Shown here in pieces: positions 19,461-28,790 of a stretch of 59,178 nucleotides of DNA. How positions within the stretch are numbered: position 1 is the first letter of the stretch; the number at the start of each line of letters is the position of its first letter. Position numbers and translations under genes: made by a program. The stretch is from IMG/VR virus record IMGVR_UViG_3300012940_001187, positions 1 through 59,178 of that record. The stretch is one strand, 5' to 3'. Below the pieces are notes generated by a model. It saw only the letters and a program-made list of their open reading frames with translations. It had not been told where the DNA came from and did no database searches. This DNA comes from a virus (lineage: Duplodnaviria; Caudoviricetes).

Positions 19461-19536
19461 GACCTCCGGATACGAGCGCCGGAGCGCCGAATCTCGGCAC
19501 TCCGGCGCGTCATCGCTGTGAATTGGGTATCTGTCC

Positions 19537-20787
19537 TTAGGCGGCAACGTTCAGGATGTGAATCCCGTGGTTGTCGATCTTGCTGTAGCCTTCGACCTCG
19601 CTCATCGCGAGCACCTGCGTCTGGTTTTCAACCCAGCGCTGCGTCTCGGTGATCGAGGAGCCGATCTCAGTCACGCGCTCGATCGAGCTGCGTCCGTCGA
19701 AGCCGACGATCTTGTCCGTCGGCGAGTCCCCAGTCCAGCCGAGGCGGACGTTGTCACGCAGCTCCGGATTGATCGGGGTAATGCCACCGAACCCGGCCGC
19801 TGCCTGCAGGTTGACCAGCGGGATATTCGCGCTGCCCATGTTGAGGAGCATCAGCTGCAGCGCAACATCCGACTTGGTCAGCGCGTGAGTGATCGCGTAC
19901 GGGTTTTCGAACAGCATCTTGTAGGCCAGCCACGCCTTGACCGTGATCGCCCCGGCCGTCGCATCCGGATCGAGGGTCGTCAGGTCGACCGAGTCGGCCG
20001 CGTTGTTATTGCCGTCGCCGTTGACCAGGACGTCGATGATGGCCGCCACCTTGTCTACCTCGGAGCGAATGGCCATGCGGGCGATGTGGAAGGCGATCAT
20101 GTCGATCTTGACGCGGCGAAGCTGCTCGTAGGAGGTTTTCAGCTTCCGGCCGTATTTGTGGAGCCGCACCGTGTGCTCGGACGATGTCAGCTTGGCACCC
20201 GGAATATCGTCACCTTCACCGACGCGGACCAGGCGCTCTTCCTCCGGATTCTCATCCTCCAGGTAAACCGAGCGATAGGCGTCGTTGTCGATCGGCGTGG
20301 TGAACGCCACCAGCTCGCTGATCGGAATCGCCGGGGCTAGCTTCTGGTATCGCTCCTGCGCCGCATCGACATACGGCCGCATGGCGGTGCCGACGCCGTA
20401 GTCGTCGCTGGCGTAGAGGGAGCGGTTGCCGCTGGCCATGCCGAACGAGCGAGTGCTCGATGGGCCGTAGATCGCGCGGCGCCACGCCCGCTGCAGGAAC
20501 TCGACCGCGAGGGCGCGGGTTGCCTCGCCACCCTTGTTGAACGCCTCGAACTTGTCGGCAATGATGCCGTCGCCCGGGAAGGACCGCGTCTTGATCTTGT
20601 GGAACATGAGCTGGCGTTCGAACGCGTCGAGCCCGTCCTCGTAATCCTCGCTCGGATCTTCCTGCTCGAGGAATCGCGAGAGGTTCACACCGGCTTTCGC
20701 CGCCTCCTCCAGCACCCCGTAATCCATGTTCTTTGCGAGCTGGATGGTTTTTTCACCGATCCCTCGCCGTGTCTGCACTGCCGGCAT
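19537..20787 (-). CDS. Major capsid protein
   Basis: 416 aa; RVGEGDDIP...KYGRKLKTSYE HK97-fold signature; synteny. Confidence 0.9.
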   Translation of the reverse strand: MPAVQTRRGIGEKTIQLAKNMDYGVLEEAAKAGVNLSRFLEQEDPSEDYEDGLDAFERQLMFHKIKTRSFPGDGIIADKFEAFNKGGEATRALAVEFLQRAWRRAIYGPSSTRSFGMASGNRSLYASDDYGVGTAMRPYVDAAQERYQKLAPAIPISELVAFTTPIDNDAYRSVYLEDENPEEERLVRVGEGDDIPGAKLTSSEHTVRLHKYGRKLKTSYEQLRRVKIDMIAFHIARMAIRSEVDKVAAIIDVLVNGDGNNNAADSVDLTTLDPDATAGAITVKAWLAYKMLFENPYAITHALTKSDVALQLMLLNMGSANIPLVNLQAAAGFGGITPINPELRDNVRLGWTGDSPTDKIVGFDGRSSIERVTEIGSSITETQRWVENQTQVLAMSEVEGYSKIDNHGIHILNVAA

Positions 20788-20843
20788 TGCTTCTTCTCCC
20801 GTGCCGGATCGCCCGGCAGCTTACCCACCTAAGGACGATTCGG

Positions 20844-21254
20844 TTACGGAGCCATCACGCCGACGGCATCCGGATCGCTGCTGTTCTGGATGAAGCCGAA
20901 GCCCGCATACGGAGTGGCGGCCGCCTTGACGTAGCCGAGTTCCGTACCTCGTGCCGCACCGATGACACCGGAACCGCGCGTTAGCGTGGCGCCGGTACCG
21001 GCCGGCAGTTTCATGAAGCCGGCGATGCGCACCGAGCAAAGGCCATCGTCGTAGACACGCTCCAACCGGCCGCGAATGACGCCGCCATCCGCGACCAGGC
21101 CAACGGTGTCATCACCAGTGATGGTCAGCGCGCGACCGACCACCTCGGAGCCGCCTGGCTTGCTGGCGTCGTAGGTGATGGTGTTGTCGTACTTGTAGGT
21201 CACCTCCGTGACCTTGATCTCTTCGTACTTCGGATTCTTCCGTGGATCGGGCAT
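20844..21254 (-). CDS. Capsid decoration/cement protein
   Basis: 136 aa Gly-rich, between protease and capsid. Confidence 0.65.
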   Translation of the reverse strand: MPDPRKNPKYEEIKVTEVTYKYDNTITYDASKPGGSEVVGRALTITGDDTVGLVADGGVIRGRLERVYDDGLCSVRIAGFMKLPAGTGATLTRGSGVIGAARGTELGYVKAAATPYAGFGFIQNSSDPDAVGVMAP

Positions 21255-21321
21255 CTCACGTTCCCCTTTGCCTGCCGGTCACCGCCGGCTCATCAGCCAC
21301 GTTGGCACGAACCGGCGTTAG

Positions 21322-22755
21322 CTACGGCGCCGTGTATGAGCGCGGGTCATCGTTCTCATCCGGCTTCCGCGAATTGATGTCGATGACGTTGTTGTCCGAG
21401 GTCACGCGACCGCCCGGGAATCGGGCATCGCCCTGCTTGTCGAAATCGGCGATGAGCGTCTTCAGCTCGGCAACGCTCGATCGCTTGAAGACGCTGCGGT
21501 ACATCTCCAGGTTGACCTCGCGGCCATACGCCCGGATCAGCGATGTTTCCGCCTGCGATTCCAGGTCCTTGCGGTACTGGCGACCGTCGGAAGCCTCCCG
21601 GCGATAGCGGATGACCGTATCGCCCAGGAAGCGGATCGCTTCGAGCGGGTTCTTGCCGAGCGTGATGCCCTCATCCTTGAGGCGAGTGCGCAGCGCGGCA
21701 TACTCGGCGGAATTCGCGAGCGAACGCTCGCCCTCGGCCGCTTCCACGCTCGGAGCCGCGTCGGTTCCCTCACCTGCCTCCGGCTCGAAGTCGTCGTCAA
21801 TCGTCGACACCTCGTCGGTGATCTCCGGTTCGGTAGCCGTGACTTCCGGCTCGACCGCCGGAGTCTCCTCGGCATCACGCTTCATAGGTTTCGTTCGCGC
21901 GGCGGGCATCGCCGTCCCTCCTTGTGGTGTCCAGAGCGCCGTGTCGGGCACGGCAATGCGTTTGGTCGGATCGGGCAGGACCATGCGGTAGCGGCGCTCG
22001 AGCATGGAGCGCTCGCCGTCTTTCAGCTTTCCGGCTTTCGCCATCAGCTCGGCTTTGAGCACGGCGGCATTCGGGGTCGCGCCGTCGTAGACGATGGAGA
22101 CTTCAGAGAGGCGGCCATCCATAATCCAGGCGAACGCCGTCTTCTTGATCGGGTTGCCGTTCGGGTCGATCAGCGGCTCGCCGGCTTCATTGGTGACCTG
22201 GTACTGCATGCCGGGGATGTGGTCGCAGTCCATCCCCCACAACATGCCCCAGAACTGGATCATCTCGCCGCCGCAAATCGAGCAACGGATGTCGGTTGCC
22301 CAGAATCCGACGGAAACATCCGAGAGGATGCCGCTGCGAACGCCGTCGATGAAGTCGGTCGTGTTGACGCCGTTGAGCGTCAGTCCGCGGAGCGTGGCGA
22401 AATCGGTATGGGTGCGATTGAGCGGATACCCGTCTTCAGTCATCTCACCGGCGCCTGCCGGGATGTACTGGCCTCGGAGCGAGCGACCGAATCCGAGCTT
22501 TCGGTAGTCGTGCGAGTCCTGGAACGAAACTCCGGCCGTCGAGTCTTCGGAGAAGTTCGTCAGCGTAACCTCGTTCATCCGGGTGAAGTAGAAGTCGAGG
22601 TTGCTGTTGGAGACTTCCGCTCGCCAGAAGAAGGGATCGCGCTCATCGAAGACGGCGGGATCAGGGGCCCGTTCTTTGGCGATGTCGAGGAGGTCGTCAC
22701 CCGCGAAGGCGATCGCGCGCGCTCCCGAAACGAGTTTGATCTGATCCGCCGGCAT
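21322..22755 (-). CDS. Prohead protease with C-terminal scaffold region
   Basis: DSH, VSVGF, CSICG, EVSIVYDGA motifs; acidic/coiled C-terminus. Confidence 0.85.
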   Translation of the reverse strand: MPADQIKLVSGARAIAFAGDDLLDIAKERAPDPAVFDERDPFFWRAEVSNSNLDFYFTRMNEVTLTNFSEDSTAGVSFQDSHDYRKLGFGRSLRGQYIPAGAGEMTEDGYPLNRTHTDFATLRGLTLNGVNTTDFIDGVRSGILSDVSVGFWATDIRCSICGGEMIQFWGMLWGMDCDHIPGMQYQVTNEAGEPLIDPNGNPIKKTAFAWIMDGRLSEVSIVYDGATPNAAVLKAELMAKAGKLKDGERSMLERRYRMVLPDPTKRIAVPDTALWTPQGGTAMPAARTKPMKRDAEETPAVEPEVTATEPEITDEVSTIDDDFEPEAGEGTDAAPSVEAAEGERSLANSAEYAALRTRLKDEGITLGKNPLEAIRFLGDTVIRYRREASDGRQYRKDLESQAETSLIRAYGREVNLEMYRSVFKRSSVAELKTLIADFDKQGDARFPGGRVTSDNNVIDINSRKPDENDDPRSYTAP

Positions 22756-22865
22756 GACATCCTCCAAAACGTCTGCGGATCACTTTATATTTTCTGGAAT
22801 CCATCTGTCACCAGAAAATACCAAGTCGCATAGACGTTTTGGGACAAGCCGGCAATGGGGCGAGG

Positions 22866-23069
22866 TTAGATCGGTTTCCGGATGCGATTCGGGAGTTGTC
22901 TGATGCGCGGGTCGCGCGGAACCGGCAGTCTCGGCACCTGATGCTGAGAACCAGAGGATTTCCCGCAGTTTGGGCAGATTGACTGGTTCGGTCCGTCTAG
23001 ATGATTCGGTCCGGACTCGTAGCGACGCTCGTTCTCTTCCCCGCACCGCGGGCAGATGATCGGCTGCAT
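22866..23069 (-). CDS. Small zinc-ribbon protein
   Basis: CPRC...CPNC; GAGG SD. Confidence 0.55.
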   Translation of the reverse strand: MQPIICPRCGEENERRYESGPNHLDGPNQSICPNCGKSSGSQHQVPRLPVPRDPRIRQLPNRIRKPI

Positions 23070-23202
23070 TCTCGCCTCACTTTCACCGATTTCCGATCGG
23101 CATCTTTCGCCTCATCGTAGCATTATCTGGTCCTCGATTCATGAATTTATGGAACTCACATACATCGCCTGATTGTGACCTGAGGTCACGGGGTAAAAAC
23201 GC

Positions 23203-23233
23203 TTGACACCTACAAGAACACTTGTTCTAAGAT
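23203..23233 (+). promoter_or_regulatory. Promoter containing a LexA (SOS) box
   Basis: TTGACA 23203-23208; AGAACACTTGTTCT 23215-23228 matches GAAC-N4-GTTC. Confidence 0.8.
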
Positions 23234-23269
23234 GCGTACTCAATGAACAGGGCTGAGAGAGGAGCCGAT

Positions 23270-23620
23270 ATGAGACTGGACCCCCATGCGGTCGTGCACG
23301 TCTATGACGCCGACCAGAACATCGAGTACGCCACCTGGATCGATCACAGCCAGCGCTGCCCGGACTGCAGGCGGCCGATCCGGCGTACCCGCGTGACCTA
23401 TCTGTCCCGGCCGCCGGGGTTTCAGGTTCTGTCTCCGGACATCGATCTCTGCATCTTCTGCTCCGGCATTCGTGACCGGGTCATCGAGCAGATGCGGATC
23501 GCCGGCGAGCTCGGTCTCGTGCTCGAAGATCCGCGCATGCTGATGTTCTACGAGTGGGAATTCGGTCCGCTCGAAGAGTGGCTGCCACAGGCGGCATTCA
23601 TGAAAGGAGAACCGTCGTGA
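23270..23620 (+). CDS. CxxC-containing hypothetical protein
   Basis: CPDC...CIFC; GAGGAG SD before ATG 23270. Confidence 0.7.
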   Translation: MRLDPHAVVHVYDADQNIEYATWIDHSQRCPDCRRPIRRTRVTYLSRPPGFQVLSPDIDLCIFCSGIRDRVIEQMRIAGELGLVLEDPRMLMFYEWEFGPLEEWLPQAAFMKGEPS

Positions 23621-23850
23621 CTGGCAAGATCGAGATTGATACCGATGTTCTCCCCGAGGACCTCGAAGCGGATGTCGATCGCTTCCGCGGCATCATCCAG
23701 GCGGGTGTGTGCCCGTACTGCGGCGATCTGCTCGCCCGCCAAACCACGCGGGACGGCTGGATTTATGCCGTCCCCTGCGGTCATCGGCTCGGGCGCGCCG
23801 AGCTCGAGACGGAAAACGATTTCGGCTGGGGAGAACCGAGCTATGAGTAA
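23617..23850 (+). CDS. Small CxxC-containing hypothetical protein
   Basis: GTGA overlap, AAAGGAG SD; CPYC...CGH. Confidence 0.65.
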   Translation: MTGKIEIDTDVLPEDLEADVDRFRGIIQAGVCPYCGDLLARQTTRDGWIYAVPCGHRLGRAELETENDFGWGEPSYE

Positions 23851-24199
23851 GATCGGAAGCGGAGGCGGCGTTCCCAAATCGCCACCGGCCACCGAGCCGG
23901 ATCGGAAGGGTCCGCTCGCCTGGTGGCGCGGGCATCAAAGCCCACTACCGGCATACGGCCGGCTCGAAGCCGATTCCGGCTACGTCTACACCGTCACGAA
24001 CTCAGTCCCATGGGTCGAGCCGCTTTCTCCGCCGCCACCGGTCTTGACCGGTCTCTGTCACACCTGCGTTGTCGATGCGCGCTATTGCTTTATGGTGGCT
24101 CACATTACCTGGCGCGAGGTCATGGAGGGGACCGAGGTCTGCGCGAACTGCGGCCGTGTCATCGAACCGGCGGAGGGGGCTCCATGTGCGGACGACTGA
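23843..24199 (+). CDS. CxxC-containing hypothetical protein
   Basis: Overlapping start with GGGGAG SD; CHTC...CANC. Confidence 0.6.
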   Translation: MSKIGSGGGVPKSPPATEPDRKGPLAWWRGHQSPLPAYGRLEADSGYVYTVTNSVPWVEPLSPPPPVLTGLCHTCVVDARYCFMVAHITWREVMEGTEVCANCGRVIEPAEGAPCADD

Positions 24200-24942
24200 G
24201 ATGCGAATGGGATGAAATGGAAATCCCGAAAGAGATGTTCACCCAACTGGAGATCGCGATCGAGATCGACCGTTTCAAGACCATCTACACGCCGACCTAT
24301 AACGCGGCGCCCGGTCAGGATCACCCGGTCATCGTCCAGGATCGCAACGGCGACAACATCATCCGCCTCATGCGCTGGGGATTGCTAAGGCCGAAATCAA
24401 CGAAGAAGACGCCAAAGCCGATCGATGCCCGCGCCGAAACGCTACTGCACAAGGACATGTTTCGCGATCTCGTTCCGACCAGGCGGTGCATCGTGCCGGT
24501 GACCGGTTACTACGAGTGGCGAGACGAAGACGGCCAGCGCATTCCGTACACCATCCGGTCGGCTAACGAGCAGGTGCTGTGGATCGCCGGTCTGTACGAT
24601 GCCTGGACAAATGCCGACGGCACGACCACCGAGACCTACTGCGTGATCACTACCACTCCGGCGCCGGAGATCGCCCATATTCACGATCGCATGCCGGTTC
24701 TGCTGCAAACACGCGCCGATCAGTTGCGCTGGATCGATCGCAAGGAGCGCGACCTCTCCACGATTATGCCGCTGCTTCGGCCGTATCCGGGCGAGCGCTT
24801 GACCTTCTGGCCCGTGAGCGACCTGGTGAACAACACGCGCAACAACGGTCCGGAACTCATCCTACCGCGTGAACGTGCGACCGCGAAGCAAGAACCGGCA
24901 ACGATCAGTGCGCTCAATCTCTCCCTGCCCCTTGCCTCGTAA
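24184..24942 (+). CDS. SOS response-associated peptidase (SRAP/YedK/HMCES family), abasic-site crosslinking protein
   Basis: True start MCGR at 24184; YNAAP, MRWGL, YYEW, HDRMP motifs. Confidence 0.92.
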   Translation: MCGRLRCEWDEMEIPKEMFTQLEIAIEIDRFKTIYTPTYNAAPGQDHPVIVQDRNGDNIIRLMRWGLLRPKSTKKTPKPIDARAETLLHKDMFRDLVPTRRCIVPVTGYYEWRDEDGQRIPYTIRSANEQVLWIAGLYDAWTNADGTTTETYCVITTTPAPEIAHIHDRMPVLLQTRADQLRWIDRKERDLSTIMPLLRPYPGERLTFWPVSDLVNNTRNNGPELILPRERATAKQEPATISALNLSLPLAS

Positions 24943-25003
24943 CACGTGACCTCCGGACACATCTTGCGCTTTGCCGGCACCTGGCTATGATGGTTCCACG
25001 GAA

Positions 25004-25017
25004 AGAACATGCGTTCT
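25004..25017 (+). promoter_or_regulatory. LexA (SOS) box
   Basis: AGAACATGCGTTCT just downstream of a TATGAT -10-like hexamer. Confidence 0.8.
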
Positions 25018-25039
25018 GCAAAGCTGAGAGGAGAACGAC

Positions 25040-25255
25040 ATGACGCACCCATTGCATGTGGTCACCGAGACCGAATGGATCGATCACTTCAACGTCAGGC
25101 TCGATCTCGGATCGATCGATGAAGCGGCCGCAAACGATCCAAGCTTTTGCGATGAAGACGAGCTAGAGCGCTGGATGGACGATCCAGAGGTGGCCGCTGA
25201 GCTCGAGCAGGCTGCCACCGAACACGAAAAGGTGCTGCACTTCCCACCGTTCTAG
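25040..25255 (+). CDS. Small highly acidic protein
   Basis: 71 aa, 19 D/E versus 3 K/R; GAGGAG SD. Confidence 0.7.
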   Translation: MTHPLHVVTETEWIDHFNVRLDLGSIDEAAANDPSFCDEDELERWMDDPEVAAELEQAATEHEKVLHFPPF

Positions 25256-25399
25256 GGAAGGAGATTGCGCCTGCTTGCACCAGCCTCATCATCACACTGA
25301 TACAATACCGCCGATGTACAACATTCTTAGGGAATTTTGGCTGGTGCAAGCTATCGAAAGGCGATGTCGCTAGCATCGTGCACAGTTGGGGGAACGGGG

Positions 25400-26374
25400 A
25401 TGACCAGTACGCGCCGACGCTTTGTCGGCTCGCTTGCCGCTGCGCTCGCCGCCTGGCGGGCATTTGACGCCCGCGCTCAAGAAACGCTGCCCGATGGCGT
25501 ACCGGTCGGCAGCACGGAGGCGGTGGTCACCGGCTACGAAGATGGCGACAAATATCGGGTCACGATTGCAGGCAGCGAAGCAACCGTACTCATGATCTCA
25601 GCCGATGCGCCAGAAGAGGGCCGGTGTTTCTTCAACGCCGCTTCAAAGCACCTAAAAGAACTGATTCCGATCGGCACGACGGTCTACCTTGAGCAGGACG
25701 GCGATTCAGAAGACAAGAAGGGGCGCCTCCTTCGCTATACCTGGAAGCCACGCGAAGGGAAGACCGCTCAACTCATTGATGAGCGCATGATTGCCGACGG
25801 ATATGCCCACTTCAAAGCGCGGGAAGGTCACGCCAAACGCGACGCCAGGCTCGCCAAAGCCGAGGAGACCGCGAAAAGCAACAAGCGCGGGATCTGGGCT
25901 GACTATGCATGCACCCCCTCCGCGAAACCTAAAACCCCGACACCGGCACCAACGCCGACGGCGACGATGGAGGGAAGCAACCAGCCGCTCGCCTATTCAG
26001 TTATCGAGGACAGCGATGTCTCTTTCGGCGATCATAACCGCCGCCGAATGCGTATCGTTGTCGACGGATTCGTCGATGGAATGGCTGATGGCTACGTGCT
26101 CGCAACGATGCAGGGGGCGTTCCAGGCGGCGTTTACGGAGCATGGGACGACCGACGCCATCGTGATTTTCGCGTACCGGCCCAATACGGATGTCGACAGC
26201 CTATTCAGTCTCGCGCGCGGTGTTGCAACGAAGTCGGGCAATGGCTGGGACAACAATGGCAATCTGCTTGATCTCGGTGACGACAATGGCAAGGCCCGCA
26301 TCGAGGTGACCGATTGGGTCTATGAGTACGGGATAAACGGCGACATCCGCTCCTACGAAATCGACGTGTTCTGA
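25400..26374 (+). CDS. Tat-exported thermonuclease (SNase)-family protein with extra C-terminal domain
   Basis: TRRRFV twin-arginine signal; DGD, DAPE, GRLLRY, GIW motifs. Confidence 0.85.
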   Translation: MTSTRRRFVGSLAAALAAWRAFDARAQETLPDGVPVGSTEAVVTGYEDGDKYRVTIAGSEATVLMISADAPEEGRCFFNAASKHLKELIPIGTTVYLEQDGDSEDKKGRLLRYTWKPREGKTAQLIDERMIADGYAHFKAREGHAKRDARLAKAEETAKSNKRGIWADYACTPSAKPKTPTPAPTPTATMEGSNQPLAYSVIEDSDVSFGDHNRRRMRIVVDGFVDGMADGYVLATMQGAFQAAFTEHGTTDAIVIFAYRPNTDVDSLFSLARGVATKSGNGWDNNGNLLDLGDDNGKARIEVTDWVYEYGINGDIRSYEIDVF

Positions 26375-26382
26375 GGCGATCG

Positions 26383-27225
26383 ATGCGAGTTGCCATCGTA
26401 TGCCTGTGCTGTTTATCGCTGATGACGATCACCGACCGCGGCGGCCAAGCAGCTGATGGTTGCAGTCATTTCCTGTTCCATGAGGATGCTGAGGCTGCCG
26501 GTTGGTCGTGCCCCGATCTGCCCTCGATTGACCAAACGGGTTTCGTTCGGCCAATGCTGCCACCTGGCGCCCGGAAGGCCCGCGTCCGGGAAATCATCGA
26601 CGGCGATACGATCAAGGTTTCCATCGGGCACGACTACTACACCGTCCGCATGATAGGGATGGATACGCCGGAAGACGTTGACCCGGACACTCCCGAAGAA
26701 TGCTATGGCCGAGAGGCAGCGGCCTATTTGGCCACGGTCATCCCCGTCAAGACGCTGGTTTATCTCGATACCGATGTCAGCGACACCGACCGGTACGACC
26801 GGCTGCTCCGTTCGATCTGGGTCGAACAGGGTGCGGGTCGCTACCGCCTCGTGCAAGATCAGATGGTGCGTGAAGGCTATGCGATTGCGAAAGTCTACCG
26901 GCCGGATGTGGAGTACGCCGAGTTTCTGGCCGAGGCGCAGACGGCCGCTCAGAACGCCGGCCTCGGCTTGTGGAGTGCCTGCGGCGGAGCTGACACCCCG
27001 CTCGGTCAGCCGGCACCGACGCCAACGCCAGCCGCCGGGAATCCCGGAATGGACATCGCATCATCTGCCGGTTGCGATCCCTCGTACCCCGATGTCTGCA
27101 TCCCGCCAGTCTCCCAAGGTGGCGACCTCGACTGCGCGGATATCCCGTATAGCTGGTTTGTAGTGCTACCGCCCGATCCCCATCATTTCGATGGGGACGG
27201 AGACGGCTACGGGTGCCAATCATGA
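26383..27225 (+). CDS. Secreted thermonuclease with Excalibur-like calcium-binding tail
   Basis: IDGDT, VRMIGMDTPE, DRYDRLL, GLW; C-terminal DLDC...DGDGDGYGC. Confidence 0.9.
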   Translation: MRVAIVCLCCLSLMTITDRGGQAADGCSHFLFHEDAEAAGWSCPDLPSIDQTGFVRPMLPPGARKARVREIIDGDTIKVSIGHDYYTVRMIGMDTPEDVDPDTPEECYGREAAAYLATVIPVKTLVYLDTDVSDTDRYDRLLRSIWVEQGAGRYRLVQDQMVREGYAIAKVYRPDVEYAEFLAEAQTAAQNAGLGLWSACGGADTPLGQPAPTPTPAAGNPGMDIASSAGCDPSYPDVCIPPVSQGGDLDCADIPYSWFVVLPPDPHHFDGDGDGYGCQS

Positions 27226-27320
27226 GACAGATCAAGACGCTTCAACCCCGTCGGCCTATTCTCCAGAAGATATTGCAAATGTCGCCACATGAGCGTACGA
27301 TCTAGCCCGATGGTCATGGC

Positions 27321-28184
27321 ATGTCATGGCCAGAGCCAGTACCAGAGTGGAGCACTATGCCAAACCCAGAAACACAAGAGACTCGATGGAGCACTGCCGC
27401 GCGAAACATTGTCGCTGATGCCATCGCAAAATTTGGCGAAGCAATTGAATACGAAGAACAAGAACATCTCCCGTCTAGTTATCCCGAAGCTAACTGGATC
27501 AAGATCCCCGAAATCAACTGTGTGTTTGTCGACATGGTCGGGTCAACGGTTCTAAGCGCGGGCACCCAGGCGCGAAGACTTGCCCGAATCTATTCGTTCT
27601 TTACAGAAACGGCTGTCAGAATCCTAGATCTCGGTGGGGCGTCATATATCGATGTCAAAGGCGACGGCGTATTCGGCATTTTCAACGGTGACGAGCCCTA
27701 CCGTGCGTTCACCTCAGCGATCACCTTCAAGACCTTCGCGGACCTAGTTTTCAAGCCTCGAGTAGAGAATCTCCTAGGCAACGACCTCACAGATGAGGAT
27801 CGCCAAATTGGTGCACATATCGGTATCGCGAATGGCAGTGTGATGGTCAAGAAGGTCGGCATGCGCAACAACCGACAAAACGGCACGCGGCGAAATGAAG
27901 TTTGGGCTGGGCGTCCGGTGAATATGGCGGCGAAACTCGCGGCGCGCGCTAAGAATTGCGAAATCGCTGTTTCAGATAACTACTATGGCAAGATCTCCGA
28001 TCGGCATGCGCGATTCTCCTGCGACTGCAAAGGTGACCCCGCATTGCTTTGGGAATCCGTCGAGATTGACCGAGAGGCAGATAAACAATTCAACTTCGAT
28101 CGTTACTGGATTCTCAGGAGCGACTGGTGTGAGAGCCACGGAAAAGAGTACTGTGACGCACTTCGAGCGCTAGATCGGGGCTAG
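27321..28184 (+). CDS. pycC: Class III nucleotidyl cyclase, Pycsar PycC-like
   Basis: FVDMVGST, KGDGVFGIF, HIGI, VWAGRPVNMAAKL; adjacent PycTM-like gene. Confidence 0.85.
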   Translation: MSWPEPVPEWSTMPNPETQETRWSTAARNIVADAIAKFGEAIEYEEQEHLPSSYPEANWIKIPEINCVFVDMVGSTVLSAGTQARRLARIYSFFTETAVRILDLGGASYIDVKGDGVFGIFNGDEPYRAFTSAITFKTFADLVFKPRVENLLGNDLTDEDRQIGAHIGIANGSVMVKKVGMRNNRQNGTRRNEVWAGRPVNMAAKLAARAKNCEIAVSDNYYGKISDRHARFSCDCKGDPALLWESVEIDREADKQFNFDRYWILRSDWCESHGKEYCDALRALDRG

Positions 28185-28187
28185 TTC

Positions 28188-28781
28188 GTGCCAAGCGGGC
28201 CCCAATCCGGCGATTCCGGAGACAGAGTTATTGCCACTCTCGAAAAGGCGCTCGATCGGAACGACCACTGGATTCAAACAGCGGACGCAAAAATCGGCGT
28301 CATTCTCGGATTCCTGGTCGTTGTAAGCGGCGCTGTGCTTGCACGCGCCGCTACTGCTGCGTACGCCATCTATGAATACGACGGAAGCGCCAGTAAGAAG
28401 ACGATTTTCACAGCACTTATGACGACAATGGGCTTCCCCTTCCTTATCGCAACCACGATGGCAACGCTTGAGTGTTTTCACGGCTTACTTCCAAAGGATC
28501 GAGACCGAAATGGAGTACGGCCACAAAAGCAGAATCCGCTGTACTTTGGAGACACTGCGGACCAAGAGGAGGGAGCGCTCGCGGCATGGAGCGAAGCTGC
28601 GACTGACGAAGCAATACGTCTGGCATTTGTCGAGCAGATCGTCGCTACGGGCTGGATTGCGCGCGAAAAGTTTTCTTCGACCACGAGAGCTATAAAGTGG
28701 CTCTTGATCCTCATGCTCCCGACCGGCGTGTTGCTGTGGATGCTATGTTATCTGGCCCTTGAATCACTCGGCGGCAGATAA
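28188..28781 (+). CDS. pycTM: Pycsar transmembrane effector
   Basis: WIQTADAK, LLP, LYFGD, IAREKF pattern with three hydrophobic segments, 3 bp after cyclase. Confidence 0.85.
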   Translation: MPSGPQSGDSGDRVIATLEKALDRNDHWIQTADAKIGVILGFLVVVSGAVLARAATAAYAIYEYDGSASKKTIFTALMTTMGFPFLIATTMATLECFHGLLPKDRDRNGVRPQKQNPLYFGDTADQEEGALAAWSEAATDEAIRLAFVEQIVATGWIAREKFSSTTRAIKWLLILMLPTGVLLWMLCYLALESLGGR

Positions 28782-28790
28782 CGACTATAA

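Noticed and set aside
23174-23190. TGTGA-N7-TCACG as a CRP site
   Set aside because: Spacer is 7 rather than 6; kept only as an unassigned palindrome shared with the 24946-24960 region
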